Assembly: GCA_041671485.1 (NCBI GenBank)
Contig: JBAZBL010000006.1
Coordinates: 6,539 to 70,538, forward strand
Reading direction: 5' to 3'
DNA from: Minisyncoccota bacterium
Lineage (GTDB): Bacteria > Patescibacteriota > Minisyncoccia > Phycocordibacterales > PALSA-1337
DNA: 64,000 nt
In this document: piece after piece, positions 10,807 through 19,558 of the stretch
Layout: each line of letters opens with the position of its first letter
Numbering within the stretch: the stretch's first letter is position 1
Program-made: the position numbers and the translations under genes
The notes under the pieces: model-generated
Told to the model about the DNA's origin: nothing
The model's input: only the letters and a program-made list of their open reading frames with translations
Databases searched by the model: none

Positions 10807-10836
10807 ACATAAATGATAACATTTTGTCGTTAAATT

Positions 10837-10853
10837 ACGAGGTCCGACCTAGT
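10837..10853. promoter_or_regulatory. 17-bp palindrome ACGAGGTCCGACCTAGT, copy 2 of 4; lies between divergent HIT and recJ, 30 bp upstream of the recJ start
   Basis: Second copy of the 17-mer also found at 1411, 31111 and 34141. Confidence 0.4.
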
Positions 10854-10882
10854 AGTTTACTCTCTATGGTATACTCACTTTT

Positions 10883-12757
10883 ATGAAGTATTTGATTTAT
10901 AGACAATTGAGCAATGATGAGCAAAAAAAATTGAATTCATTTTCACCACTTATTGCACATCTACTATTTCATAGGGGCGTTATAGATAGTGTTTCAGCAG
11001 ATAAATTTCTTAATCCTGATTATGATAGGGATATACATGATCCAACACTATTGAAAGATGCCGATAAATCAGCTGATAGGATCATTCAAGGTATAAAAAA
11101 AGATGAAAAGATAGCTATTTATGCTGACTATGATGCAGATGGTATACCAGGAGCAGCTATTTGGCATGATTTCTTCGACAGGATTGGTTTTAAAAACTTT
11201 ATTATTTATATTCCACATAGACATGATGAGGGTTTTGGCATGAATGTAGAAGCAGTCGAACAGTTGAATGATGCTGAAGTGAAGTTAATAATTACTGTTG
11301 ATTGTGGTATCTCTGATGTATGTCCTGTGGCAAAAGCAAATGAATTGGGTATAGATGTTATCATCACGGATCACCATGAATCTCCTAGTAAAATGCCAAA
11401 AGCTTTTGCAATAGTTGATCATAAACAAGATGATTGCAATTATCCTGATAAAAATCTATGTGGAGCAGGAATTGCATATAAATTGATACAATTGATCCTT
11501 TCAAAAGAGCGCTTTGGTCTCAAAGATGGACTAGAGAAATGGTTATTGGATCTTGTTGGTATGGCAACTCTCTCTGATATGGTTCCTCTCACTGGTGAAA
11601 ATAGGGTATTTGCTCATTATGGTCTTACTGTATTGAAGAAGGGCCACAGGAAAGGTCTTAGAAGATTGTTTGAAAAGCTTCGTATAGAACAGAGACATAT
11701 AAATGAAGATGATATTAACTTCATGATTACACCACGTATCAATGCGGCCTCGCGCATGGGTATGCCAAGGGACGCTTTCAATCTATTGATTGCAAAGAAT
11801 GATGAAGAAGCAGATAAGTATGCGGAGCATTTGGATCATATAAATAGCAAGAGGAAAACGGCGGTGGCAGTACTAGTAAAAGAAGTCAAGAAAATTATTC
11901 ATGAAAGGTTTCTTGATGTCTCATTATTAAAGACGGATGAGAATGGGCAGGACACTACCTCCTTCGGCGACGAATCGCACCTCCGCCAACTGGCGGATAA
12001 GTCGCCTCAGGAGGTGTGTCCTGCCCATTCCCACAAGGGTTTAATTTTATCAAATACAAAATTACCAAACGTAATTGTTCTAGGTAATCCAAATTGGAGA
12101 CCATCACTTTTGGGTTTGGTTGCAAATAGTTGTGTACAAGAATTTGATAGGCCTGTTTTCCTCTGGGGAAGAGATGGAGACAATACTATCAAGGGCTCCT
12201 GCCGATCGCGAGGTAATACAAGTGTTGTCGAGATTATGAAGGCTGTGCCAGAAGGAATAATATCGCAATTTGGTGGACATAAGAATTCTGGAGGATTTGC
12301 TGTATTTGATGATAAGATATATTTCTTGGACAAATATCTTAATGAGGCATTTGAATTACTTATAAAGAAGTCAAAAGAACAAGAAAATGTTGATATATTG
12401 GAGAAATATATTGATGCAGAATTATCGATTGATGAAGTCAATATAGATCTGTACAATGAAATTGCCAAATTGGCGCCATTTGGTTCTGGCAATCATAAAC
12501 CAGCCTTCTTATTTAGGAAGATAAAGCCTGTATCAATAAAGCGCTTTGGTAAAGGCAATGAACATATAAGAATGGATTTTAGTAGATCAAATAGGACAAA
12601 AATTTCTGCTATTTCATTCTTTGGAATAGAGAATGAATGGAATAATATAGTTCGAGAAAATGAATCAATAGATCTTGTGGCTTCACTCGAGAAATCTTGG
12701 TATAGGAATAGTCCGGAGTTGCGATTAAAAGTAATTGATGTTTTCATTAATCCATGA
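10883..12757 (+). CDS. recJ: Single-stranded-DNA-specific exonuclease RecJ
   Basis: 624 aa. DHH motifs IYADYDADGI and ITDHHE, plus a DHHA1 domain. Confidence 0.9.
   Translation: MKYLIYRQLSNDEQKKLNSFSPLIAHLLFHRGVIDSVSADKFLNPDYDRDIHDPTLLKDADKSADRIIQGIKKDEKIAIYADYDADGIPGAAIWHDFFDRIGFKNFIIYIPHRHDEGFGMNVEAVEQLNDAEVKLIITVDCGISDVCPVAKANELGIDVIITDHHESPSKMPKAFAIVDHKQDDCNYPDKNLCGAGIAYKLIQLILSKERFGLKDGLEKWLLDLVGMATLSDMVPLTGENRVFAHYGLTVLKKGHRKGLRRLFEKLRIEQRHINEDDINFMITPRINAASRMGMPRDAFNLLIAKNDEEADKYAEHLDHINSKRKTAVAVLVKEVKKIIHERFLDVSLLKTDENGQDTTSFGDESHLRQLADKSPQEVCPAHSHKGLILSNTKLPNVIVLGNPNWRPSLLGLVANSCVQEFDRPVFLWGRDGDNTIKGSCRSRGNTSVVEIMKAVPEGIISQFGGHKNSGGFAVFDDKIYFLDKYLNEAFELLIKKSKEQENVDILEKYIDAELSIDEVNIDLYNEIAKLAPFGSGNHKPAFLFRKIKPVSIKRFGKGNEHIRMDFSRSNRTKISAISFFGIENEWNNIVRENESIDLVASLEKSWYRNSPELRLKVIDVFINP
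11941..12030. repeat. 90-nt GC-rich palindromic element inserted in frame inside recJ (adds 30 codons)
   Basis: Perfect 15-nt inverted arms gaatgggcaggacac / gtgtcctgcccattc. Nested inner stems cctcc..ggagg, ggcgac..gtcgcc and ccgcc aact ggcgg. Much GC-richer than the surrounding coding sequence. Confidence 0.6.
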
Positions 12758-13245
12758 AGTATATAATTTTTACAGATGGTTCTTCTCGAGGCAATCCAGG
12801 GCGTGGTGGCTGGGCAGTCGTTATTATTGAGGATGATTCTATGGTTATTGAACTTGGTGGCAGGGAAGACAAGGCTACGAACAATAGGATGGAATTAACC
12901 GCAGCAATTGAAGCTCTTTCACAAACATCAAGAGATGCAGATATAACTCTATATACAGATTCATCTTATCTCATAGGTGGTATCACAAAATGGGTTAAAG
13001 GATGGAAGAAAAATGACTGGAAAAGAGATATTTGGCAGAAAGATATAAAAAAAGATGTTTTGAATAGAGATCTTTGGGAGAAACTTGATGAATTGAATAT
13101 GGTACGAAATGTTAAATGGAATTATATAAGAGGACATACTGGTAATCATGGAAATGAAAGATGTGACGAAATAGCAACTGCTTTTGCAGATGGTGAAAAA
13201 ATCAGTCTTTTCGAGGGGAAAATGGAAGTCTGGCAGAAAAAATAG
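12754..13245 (+). CDS. rnhA: Ribonuclease HI
   Basis: 163 aa. TDGSSRGNPGRGGWAVVI plus DEDD catalytic residues and GHTGNHGNERCDEIA. Confidence 0.9.
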   Translation: MKYIIFTDGSSRGNPGRGGWAVVIIEDDSMVIELGGREDKATNNRMELTAAIEALSQTSRDADITLYTDSSYLIGGITKWVKGWKKNDWKRDIWQKDIKKDVLNRDLWEKLDELNMVRNVKWNYIRGHTGNHGNERCDEIATAFADGEKISLFEGKMEVWQKK

Positions 13246-13259
13246 GTATTATCGAGATC

Positions 13260-13286
13260 TATTACCGAGATCCGATCTCGGTAATA
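13260..13286. terminator. 27-nt perfect palindrome immediately after the rnhA stop
   Basis: tattaccgagatc c gatctcggtaata. A partial direct repeat tattatcgagatc precedes it. Confidence 0.35.
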
Positions 13287-13296
13287 ATACCGAGTC

Positions 13297-13443
13297 CCCG
13301 AGGCCCGCCTTCGGCGGGGTAGGCCTCGGGAGTGGATTTTATCATTTCTTCAGCAGAATTTTATCAGGATTTTATCTCATTGTGATATCGTGCAGGTTGT
13401 GGAGGTTTCGTTGCGCAGGTCTACCCTGCGCAACGAAACCTCC
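13297..13443 (+). repeat. Composite repeat element, copy 1: GC hairpin (ggtaggcctcgg type), 42-nt AT-rich motif with three ATTTTATC repeats, TGaTAT box, then a REP hairpin
   Basis: Same layout at 17004-17157 and 42798-42916 (reverse strand). The 42-nt motif lies at 13337-13378 and the REP unit cgcaggtctaccctgcg at 13414-13430. The element ends 10 nt before the comEC start. Confidence 0.7.
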
Positions 13444-13453
13444 GCAAAAACCT

Positions 13454-14827
13454 ATGAAGAAAGGCGTGTTTATATTCTGGTTTATTATCATCGGAATCAC
13501 AGTTTTCCGTCTGGTATTTTCTTATGCATCAAATATTTCTATTACAAATGATTGTATGAAAGAGAAGGTGACTGGAATGGGTATGATTACCGAAGAACCG
13601 GAGCGCAAAGAAACTGGGCAAATCCTAATAATCAAAGTAGATGAATTATTAACAAATGAAGCAGATAAATGTTCTAGTGATATATTGATTCGTGCAAAGA
13701 CAAAATTATATCCACGATTTTCTTTTGGAGATCACATCAAATTTATTGGTAATTTATCTGAACCATATAATTTCTCTAGTAATGATGGTAGAACATTCGA
13801 TTATCGTAATTATCTAGCCAAAGACGACATTTATTTTGAGATCAAAAGTGCAATAGTAGAGAAGATCAATGAAGAAAAATCATTTTCAATAAAAGGATCA
13901 CTATATAAGATAAAAAGAAGATTTGTTTCAAATATAGAGCAAGTATTGGGAGAACCTCATTCTGCATTTGCTGCTGGTTTGGTGGTTGGTGAGAAGGGTT
14001 CGATAGGGAAGAGTTTACTCGATGATTTTAGGATTACAGGATTGATACATATCGTCGTTCTGTCTGGCTTCAATATCACAATCATTGCCGATGCTATCAG
14101 GAAACTTCTGTCGAGATTGCCTAGAATGTGGGGTATTTTGCTTGGTGGCCTAGGTATTATTCTCTTTGGAATAATGGTTGGTGGTGGAGCTACGGTTATA
14201 CGTTCTTGTGTTATGGCGAGCATTGCTCTATCTGCCGAATTGGTTAGGCGAGATTATAGTGTTGTACGTGCACTTGTATTTGCAGGAATGATAATGCTCA
14301 TACAAAATCCTATGATCTTATTTCACGATCCATCTTTCCAGCTTTCTTTCTTGGCAACACTGGGTTTGGTCATTCTCGCAAGGCCGATAGAAGATAGACT
14401 GACGTTTTTGCCAGAGAAGTTTGGTTTTAGGAGTATAATATCTGCTACATTTGCTACTCAAATATTTGTATCACCATTTATTCTCTATATGATGGGTCAA
14501 TTGTCTATTATTGGTGTTGTAGTCAATGTCTTGGTCTTGCCATTTATACCTATTACTATGCTAGCTGTATTTCTCGTAGGTATTTCTGGCTTTATTTTTG
14601 AACCCATATCACAATTTTTCAGCTATTTCGCATACGCCCTTCTCTCTTATGAACTCAATATGGTCGAATATTTCGCAAAAATACCCTTTGCCTCATTCAA
14701 AATCCCCGCATTTTCATTCTGGTGGGTTGTGGGGTTTTATCTGGGGTTTTCAATAATCTTTTACTATTTTTATCGGAGAAATAGAGTGAGGGCAGAGAAT
14801 AATATGCTCATTACCTCGACCCATTGA
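13454..14827 (+). CDS. comEC: ComEC/Rec2 competence membrane channel (N-terminal DUF4131 + competence domains, no MBL domain)
   Basis: 457 aa and polytopic. The ORF-track start at 13184 only translates the upstream repeats. ATG 13454 begins MKKGVFIFWFIIIGITVF. The Competence-domain core GLIHIVVLSGFNITIIADAI is present. Confidence 0.75.
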   Translation: MKKGVFIFWFIIIGITVFRLVFSYASNISITNDCMKEKVTGMGMITEEPERKETGQILIIKVDELLTNEADKCSSDILIRAKTKLYPRFSFGDHIKFIGNLSEPYNFSSNDGRTFDYRNYLAKDDIYFEIKSAIVEKINEEKSFSIKGSLYKIKRRFVSNIEQVLGEPHSAFAAGLVVGEKGSIGKSLLDDFRITGLIHIVVLSGFNITIIADAIRKLLSRLPRMWGILLGGLGIILFGIMVGGGATVIRSCVMASIALSAELVRRDYSVVRALVFAGMIMLIQNPMILFHDPSFQLSFLATLGLVILARPIEDRLTFLPEKFGFRSIISATFATQIFVSPFILYMMGQLSIIGVVVNVLVLPFIPITMLAVFLVGISGFIFEPISQFFSYFAYALLSYELNMVEYFAKIPFASFKIPAFSFWWVVGFYLGFSIIFYYFYRRNRVRAENNMLITSTH

Positions 14828-14887
14828 CATTTTAGTCAATATGTATAATATAGATTTTAGAACACCTTAACAAAAAGGATACAACAT

Positions 14888-15598
14888 ATGTCTGAAAAGT
14901 CTGAAAGTTTGTACGAATTGGTTCCCCACAAAGGAGATTCTCCTTTGAGAGTGGAACTGAACAAAGGAGTCGCAAGACTTCAATCTGCGCAAAACACTCA
15001 ATTCCGTCCCCACGTCTGTTTAAACGGTGAGGATGGGATTAAAGTCATTCAAAGAATAGTTGCTGATCCGGAAAAAGCAAATACTGCATACTGGCTCAAT
15101 GACTGTTTCATTGTCTCTGGAGATGATGTATGGCTCAATACGAGACTAAGCATCTTCCTGGATTCAATTGGTTCTAGCAATCATGTATTGTTGAGTCCAC
15201 AACAGACTGGCTATATCGTGGGCAATCTTCGGGAAGAATCCAAGAGGATTGTCGTTGAAAAGGTCAAGACATGGTTCATTGGGAAAGTCTTACCAGGTGT
15301 GCAAAAGGGTCTAGATACTATCAAAGAACAGTTTGAGAAAGGGGACCCTCTCATTGCAAGTGACCATAGAAATCGGATATTTGATATCCATGGTGGATGT
15401 TCTATGGAGGATATTCCTTATACCGAAACTGTTGTTGCTGGAGAGGAACTCTTCTGGTCAGTTGTTCATGGAAACAGTCTTTATAGTTACGGTTGTGATG
15501 GGTACAATAATGCCGATGAAGTCATAACTGGACGAAGGAATGAGCAGAGAGCTGCGGTTGGGGAGTTTTTGGGAGCTTTTCGCGCAATTAGGCGCTAA
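14888..15598 (+). CDS. Hypothetical protein; local GC higher than surroundings
   Basis: 236-aa ORF with no recognisable motif. Followed by a weak terminator-like hairpin. Confidence 0.45.
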   Translation: MSEKSESLYELVPHKGDSPLRVELNKGVARLQSAQNTQFRPHVCLNGEDGIKVIQRIVADPEKANTAYWLNDCFIVSGDDVWLNTRLSIFLDSIGSSNHVLLSPQQTGYIVGNLREESKRIVVEKVKTWFIGKVLPGVQKGLDTIKEQFEKGDPLIASDHRNRIFDIHGGCSMEDIPYTETVVAGEELFWSVVHGNSLYSYGCDGYNNADEVITGRRNEQRAAVGEFLGAFRAIRR

Positions 15599-15805
15599 TT
15601 GTCAGTTCTGTATGAAAGCGTTTTACTCTGTGGTAGGGCGCTTTTTCTTTTCCAAACAATACTGATTAGATCAAAAACCAATGTAATATCGCTTCTTCTG
15701 CTTTTCTATTTAAAATTACTTCTAAGGCTATAGTATGAACCTTCAAAGAGGGGTTGCAATTAGCCTGCAAATTCACTCCTCACAATTTGACAAGACTAAT
15801 GATAT

Positions 15806-16321
15806 ATGCTACCATCTTGGGTAGGAGTTTTATTCCAAATAATAACAACCATCAACAAAAGGAAATGGATGAAAGATTTTTTCGACATTAGCGATCAGGA
15901 GGAATTCAAGCAGTGGGCAGATGAAATCTGTGCACTTGCTCAGATTCCAACTCAACATTCTGATGTTACGGCATATTACAGGAAATCCATCGAGGAATGG
16001 TATTGCATAGAGACATGGCAACGCGAGGAACTCATGGAGTCTTACGAGAAATGGTTATCAGAGCTTGCTGCTGATTCGTCAGCATACTGTTCTGTAAAAC
16101 TTTCGGTGGGTGAGTTGAGAAACTTGTCTATCGTGGATCTCGACAACTTTAGCTCCTATGTCATAACTTTCTTGCCATCCAGAGTTGTTCATGAACGTAA
16201 CGAGGCTGAAGGTCTAACCGAAGAACACACAAAAAGAGCATTGGTCAAGTTCCAGAAGTTGCTAAATGATGCTCTAGAACGAGAACGAATACTCGACGAA
16301 ATCTCTAAGATTGGTCAATAA
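15806..16321 (+). CDS. Hypothetical protein (true start probably 15869, MKDFF...)
   Basis: 171-aa ORF. A TTGACA (15787-15792) / TACCAT promoter-like pair overlaps the first ATG. An AAAGGA Shine-Dalgarno precedes the ATG at 15869. Confidence 0.45.
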   Translation: MLPSWVGVLFQIITTINKRKWMKDFFDISDQEEFKQWADEICALAQIPTQHSDVTAYYRKSIEEWYCIETWQREELMESYEKWLSELAADSSAYCSVKLSVGELRNLSIVDLDNFSSYVITFLPSRVVHERNEAEGLTEEHTKRALVKFQKLLNDALERERILDEISKIGQ

Positions 16322-16435
16322 CTGATTTGGGGATTCAATACAATCTAACTGCAATCTGGAATATGGTTGCAGTTGTTTTTTGTCTTTTTCTAAACATCAA
16401 CCCAAAATCTATGTAATGTCACTTATTCTGCTTTT

Positions 16436-16981
16436 CTATTTGAAATTCTTCTCCACCACTTCCCAATTCAAATTTTCGAAAAAGTCATCCACATATTGCT
16501 TCTTGCCACTCGGCTGATAGTCAGCAACATAGGCATGTTCCCACATATCGAGGGCGATGATGGGGGACAGGCCTGTTAAGTGGCCGATGTGCTGTTCATC
16601 CACCCATTGATTGAATAGGCGTTTGGTATGTGGATCATAATACAAGAAAGCCCAGCCGATACCGCGGGTTAGGGCAAGACTCTTGAATTGGGTCAGCCAA
16701 TTTTCAAAAGAATTCCATTCTTGAGCGATGGTTTTTACCAAAGGACTATTTGAGTTGAATGGAGTTGAGCCGCCTTCAAATTGCGTGAAATAATATTCAT
16801 GATTTCTCATACCATCAAATTCAAAAGCGAAACGGCGCTGGAGTTCATTATCACCAGTTTTTTCTAGAATTAAATTGGCATTTTTCACATAACCAGCATA
16901 AAGCTTGAGATGCTCTTCTATATTCTTGGTCGAAATGCCTTTTAATACAGGAATACTGAACTTTTTTTCATTGAATGCCAT
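16436..16981 (-). CDS. sodA: Fe/Mn superoxide dismutase
   Basis: 181 aa with the C-terminal signature DMWEHAYV. The N-terminal His ligand region is atypical. Confidence 0.8.
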   Translation of the reverse strand: MAFNEKKFSIPVLKGISTKNIEEHLKLYAGYVKNANLILEKTGDNELQRRFAFEFDGMRNHEYYFTQFEGGSTPFNSNSPLVKTIAQEWNSFENWLTQFKSLALTRGIGWAFLYYDPHTKRLFNQWVDEQHIGHLTGLSPIIALDMWEHAYVADYQPSGKKQYVDDFFENLNWEVVEKNFK

Positions 16982-17003
16982 AGTGGTATTGTAACATATG
17001 TTT

Positions 17004-17157
17004 TTCCCGATGCCTACTCTCGGAGGTCGTCGATTTTATCATTTCTTCAGCGAAATTTTATCAGGATTTTATCTCGATATGATATGGTGCAAGTTGCGGA
17101 GGCCTTGTTGCGCAGGGTAGACCTACGCACAACGTGCGTAGGTCTACCCTGCGCAAC
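17004..17157 (+). repeat. Composite repeat element, copy 2: degenerate GC hairpin, 42-nt ATTTTATC motif, TGaTAT box, then a REP doublet
   Basis: 42-nt motif at 17034-17075. REP doublet cgcagggtagacctacg (17111-17127) and cgtaggtctaccctgcg (17136-17152). Ends 10 nt before the ATG at 17168. Confidence 0.7.
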
Positions 17158-17167
17158 GAAAACTACC

Positions 17168-18094
17168 ATGCTCAAACGAATAATTATTTTCATAGTAATC
17201 TTTGGTCTTTTATCTGGTGCTGTTTTCTACATATATCATCTAGAAAACCGCGCGCAATTGCTCGAAATATTCGTTTTTAATATTAAAAGTGGTAATTCTA
17301 TATTCATTCGCACCCCAAATGATAAAAGGATACTCGTAAATGGTGGTTCGAATTCGCAAGTCTTGAGAGAAATAACAAAGATTTTGCCTTTTTATTCACG
17401 TCGTATAGATATGGTTATTGCTACAAATACAGAAGGCAAGAATGTTGCGGGGCTGATTGACATTCTAGGTCGTTATAAAGTCGATCGAGTCATATTATCA
17501 GCAATTACTTTGCAATCCATAGGTCTTTCGACAAGTACTGATCTCATATATGAGACTTTTTTGGATTCGATAAATATTCCAAAAAGGGAAGTTAGTGCTG
17601 GAGAATCGATAGTGTTGGACAAATCAAATGGGAATGATGATTTTGGAGAAAATGATATAGTTGCCGATATTTTATTTCCAGTATCAGCCGACACATTTTC
17701 CTATTCAAAGACAAGTGATCCAGAAATTGTTCTAAATATTAATTTTGGCTCAACAAATATATTGCTAGTCGGTAACACCACGCCAAAGATTCAAAAGTTC
17801 ATCACTTCGACCGCTGAATTGGACAGGATTATGAATAATACCAATGTATTGGTAATTTCTAATAATGCTTCGAAGACAAATTTGGCAAAACAAATGGTTG
17901 ATGAATTTAAGCCCAAATATGTAATCTATTCAAAGTTATTATCAAGTGGCAAGACGGCAAATGGTTCAATAGAAAATACCAAAGATGATCCACTTCTCGG
18001 CATTCCCGAAGCAAATAGATATAATATAAAAGAAAAAGGATCCATAAGGATCATTTCTGATGGCTCTATTGTAAGAGTCGAAGAGTCTAGATGA
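17168..18094 (+). CDS. ComEC C-terminal-like metallo-beta-lactamase-fold domain protein (degenerate; HxHxDH absent)
   Basis: 308 aa. VFNIKSGNSIFIRTPNDKRILVNGG resembles the ComEC MBL region LDVGQGDAILI...ILIDGG. The His motif is replaced by ATNTEGKNVAG. The ORF-track start at 17084 translates the REP. Confidence 0.5.
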   Translation: MLKRIIIFIVIFGLLSGAVFYIYHLENRAQLLEIFVFNIKSGNSIFIRTPNDKRILVNGGSNSQVLREITKILPFYSRRIDMVIATNTEGKNVAGLIDILGRYKVDRVILSAITLQSIGLSTSTDLIYETFLDSINIPKREVSAGESIVLDKSNGNDDFGENDIVADILFPVSADTFSYSKTSDPEIVLNINFGSTNILLVGNTTPKIQKFITSTAELDRIMNNTNVLVISNNASKTNLAKQMVDEFKPKYVIYSKLLSSGKTANGSIENTKDDPLLGIPEANRYNIKEKGSIRIISDGSIVRVEESR

Positions 18095-18329
18095 TGCCTG
18101 CAGTTTTGAGCGCACGGAAAGCGCCATTTTTCTCTATTGTTCGTAATCCTCTTGCTGATACGTTCATAATAACAGTTTTCTTCAATTCTGGTATATAAAT
18201 ACGCTTTTTCTGTAGATTTGGGTAACGACGAATAGAACCACAAGGATTGAATTGTGTTGCGCGAGTTCTATTGGAATAACGGCCTCCAGAAATCGAACCC
18301 CTCTTTGTTATTGCGCATATTTTTGCCAT
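18087..18329 (-). CDS. rpmB: 50S ribosomal protein L28
   Basis: MAKICAITKRGSISGGRYSNRTRATQFNPCGSIRRYPNLQKKRIYIPELKKTV...SARGLRTIEKNG matches the L28 family. Lies inside the longer ORF 18087..18410. Confidence 0.8.
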   Translation of the reverse strand: MAKICAITKRGSISGGRYSNRTRATQFNPCGSIRRYPNLQKKRIYIPELKKTVIMNVSARGLRTIEKNGAFRALKTAGII

Positions 18330-18354
18330 GATAGTTGGTGAGAGATATGTTATC

Positions 18355-18984
18355 ATGAATGAAGTAAAAAGGCAAAAAATGTTTACCATAATCTCTATAA
18401 TAATCCTCATAATGTCTGTAGTTGTCCATGAATTGGCTCATGGCTTCACTGCCAATGCTATGGGTGATCCAACTGCTCGTTTGCAAGGCCGACTGACTCT
18501 CAACCCCATCTCTCATATTGATCCAGTTGGTTCAATAATAGTGCCACTCATCACATCTCTTTTTGGTTTTACTTTCGGCTGGGCAAAACCAGTGCCTTAC
18601 AATCCTTATAATATAAAGAATAAAAGGATGGGTGAATTCCTGATAGCCGCAGCAGGTCCTGGTTCCAACCTATTATTGGCACTCATATTTGGTACATTTA
18701 TCAGATTTACTGCTGGAATTCCGGGCTTTAGTTCATTTATAGAAATCTCTTCATATATAGTCATAATAAACATTATTTTGGCCATATTTAACCTCATTCC
18801 TTTGCCACCACTTGATGGATCAAAATTATTATTTGCTATTTTGCCAAATCAATATGGTCGTGCACGTATGACGCTCGAAGCCTATGCGCCTTTTTTCATT
18901 ATCATTGTAGTCTTCTTCCTCTGGCAGGCTATAGTGCCTATAATTCCTTTTATTTTTGGGATTTTTACTGGGGTTAGTTTTTGA
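18355..18984 (+). CDS. Peptidase M50 family membrane zinc metalloprotease (site-2-protease-like)
   Basis: HELAHG zinc motif in the first TM helix, polytopic, LDGSKLL. Start chosen downstream of the divergent rpmB start. Confidence 0.75.
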   Translation: MNEVKRQKMFTIISIIILIMSVVVHELAHGFTANAMGDPTARLQGRLTLNPISHIDPVGSIIVPLITSLFGFTFGWAKPVPYNPYNIKNKRMGEFLIAAAGPGSNLLLALIFGTFIRFTAGIPGFSSFIEISSYIVIINIILAIFNLIPLPPLDGSKLLFAILPNQYGRARMTLEAYAPFFIIIVVFFLWQAIVPIIPFIFGIFTGVSF

Positions 18985-19094
18985 GGATGTATGGCTGTTG
19001 CGGAGGTGCGAGGTCGCACCTCCACAAAAAGAGTAGCAAATTTTGGACGATTGTGATATATTCTGACACAGAGATAGAGAAAGGGATAGTAATT

Positions 19095-19298
19095 ATGAAT
19101 GATAAAATTTCCGATGAATTGGTCGATCTTATAAGATCAACCAGAAAGATCAAACCAAGAGAACTTTGTGACTTGGCGGTCAACAGAGGTCTTGTGGAAG
19201 TAAGTGTCAAGGATTGTATAGCTTCCTTGATCGAAAGAAACAAAATTCAATTCGACAGGGATTGGTCACTGTTCATCAATCCTAGGTGGGAATCGTGA
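19095..19298 (+). CDS. Small hypothetical protein (67 aa)
   Basis: MNDKISDELVDLIR... Preceded by a palindrome ggaggtgcga g gtcgcacctcc, a TGaTATATT extended -10-like box, and a GGGATAG Shine-Dalgarno. Confidence 0.3.
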   Translation: MNDKISDELVDLIRSTRKIKPRELCDLAVNRGLVEVSVKDCIASLIERNKIQFDRDWSLFINPRWES

Positions 19299-19558
19299 GT
19301 TTTGATGAATTATGAATAACGAAACAGGCAAGTTGAACTCGGACGCCGACGACGACTTGCTTTTTTTATTGAAAATTGTTAAGATTCTTCTACTGCTAAT
19401 ATTTGGCATGTTTATTATAGAGGCAAGAATGAGTAATCAATTTCGGCAAAACTCAAGCCGTAATTTGGTGAAGAATTCAGTATTGCCAACGGTTTGTAAA
19501 AAGCATTTGTCCATATTCGTAGATTTGTAAAATTCGTTAATTCGTATATATAGTTTAT

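Noticed and set aside
13337-13378. DnaA boxes / origin of replication in the ATTTTATCA triplet motif
   Set aside because: TTATCA differs from the DnaA box TTATCCACA at the key positions. The motif occurs upstream of specific genes and fused to REPs rather than clustered at one locus.
13184-13453. Long N-terminal extensions of ORFs 13184 (comEC) and 17084 (MBL-like) and of 42220-42828 (RAYT)
   Set aside because: The extra residues are translations of REP/composite repeat DNA (for example CAGLPCATKPP from cgcaggtctaccctgcgcaacgaaacc). Real starts were placed at the first ATG after the repeat.
19312-19530. 72-aa ORF upstream of rpsL
   Set aside because: It lies in the AT-rich leader of the str operon and has low-complexity hydrophobic content and no homology features. 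Probably non-coding.
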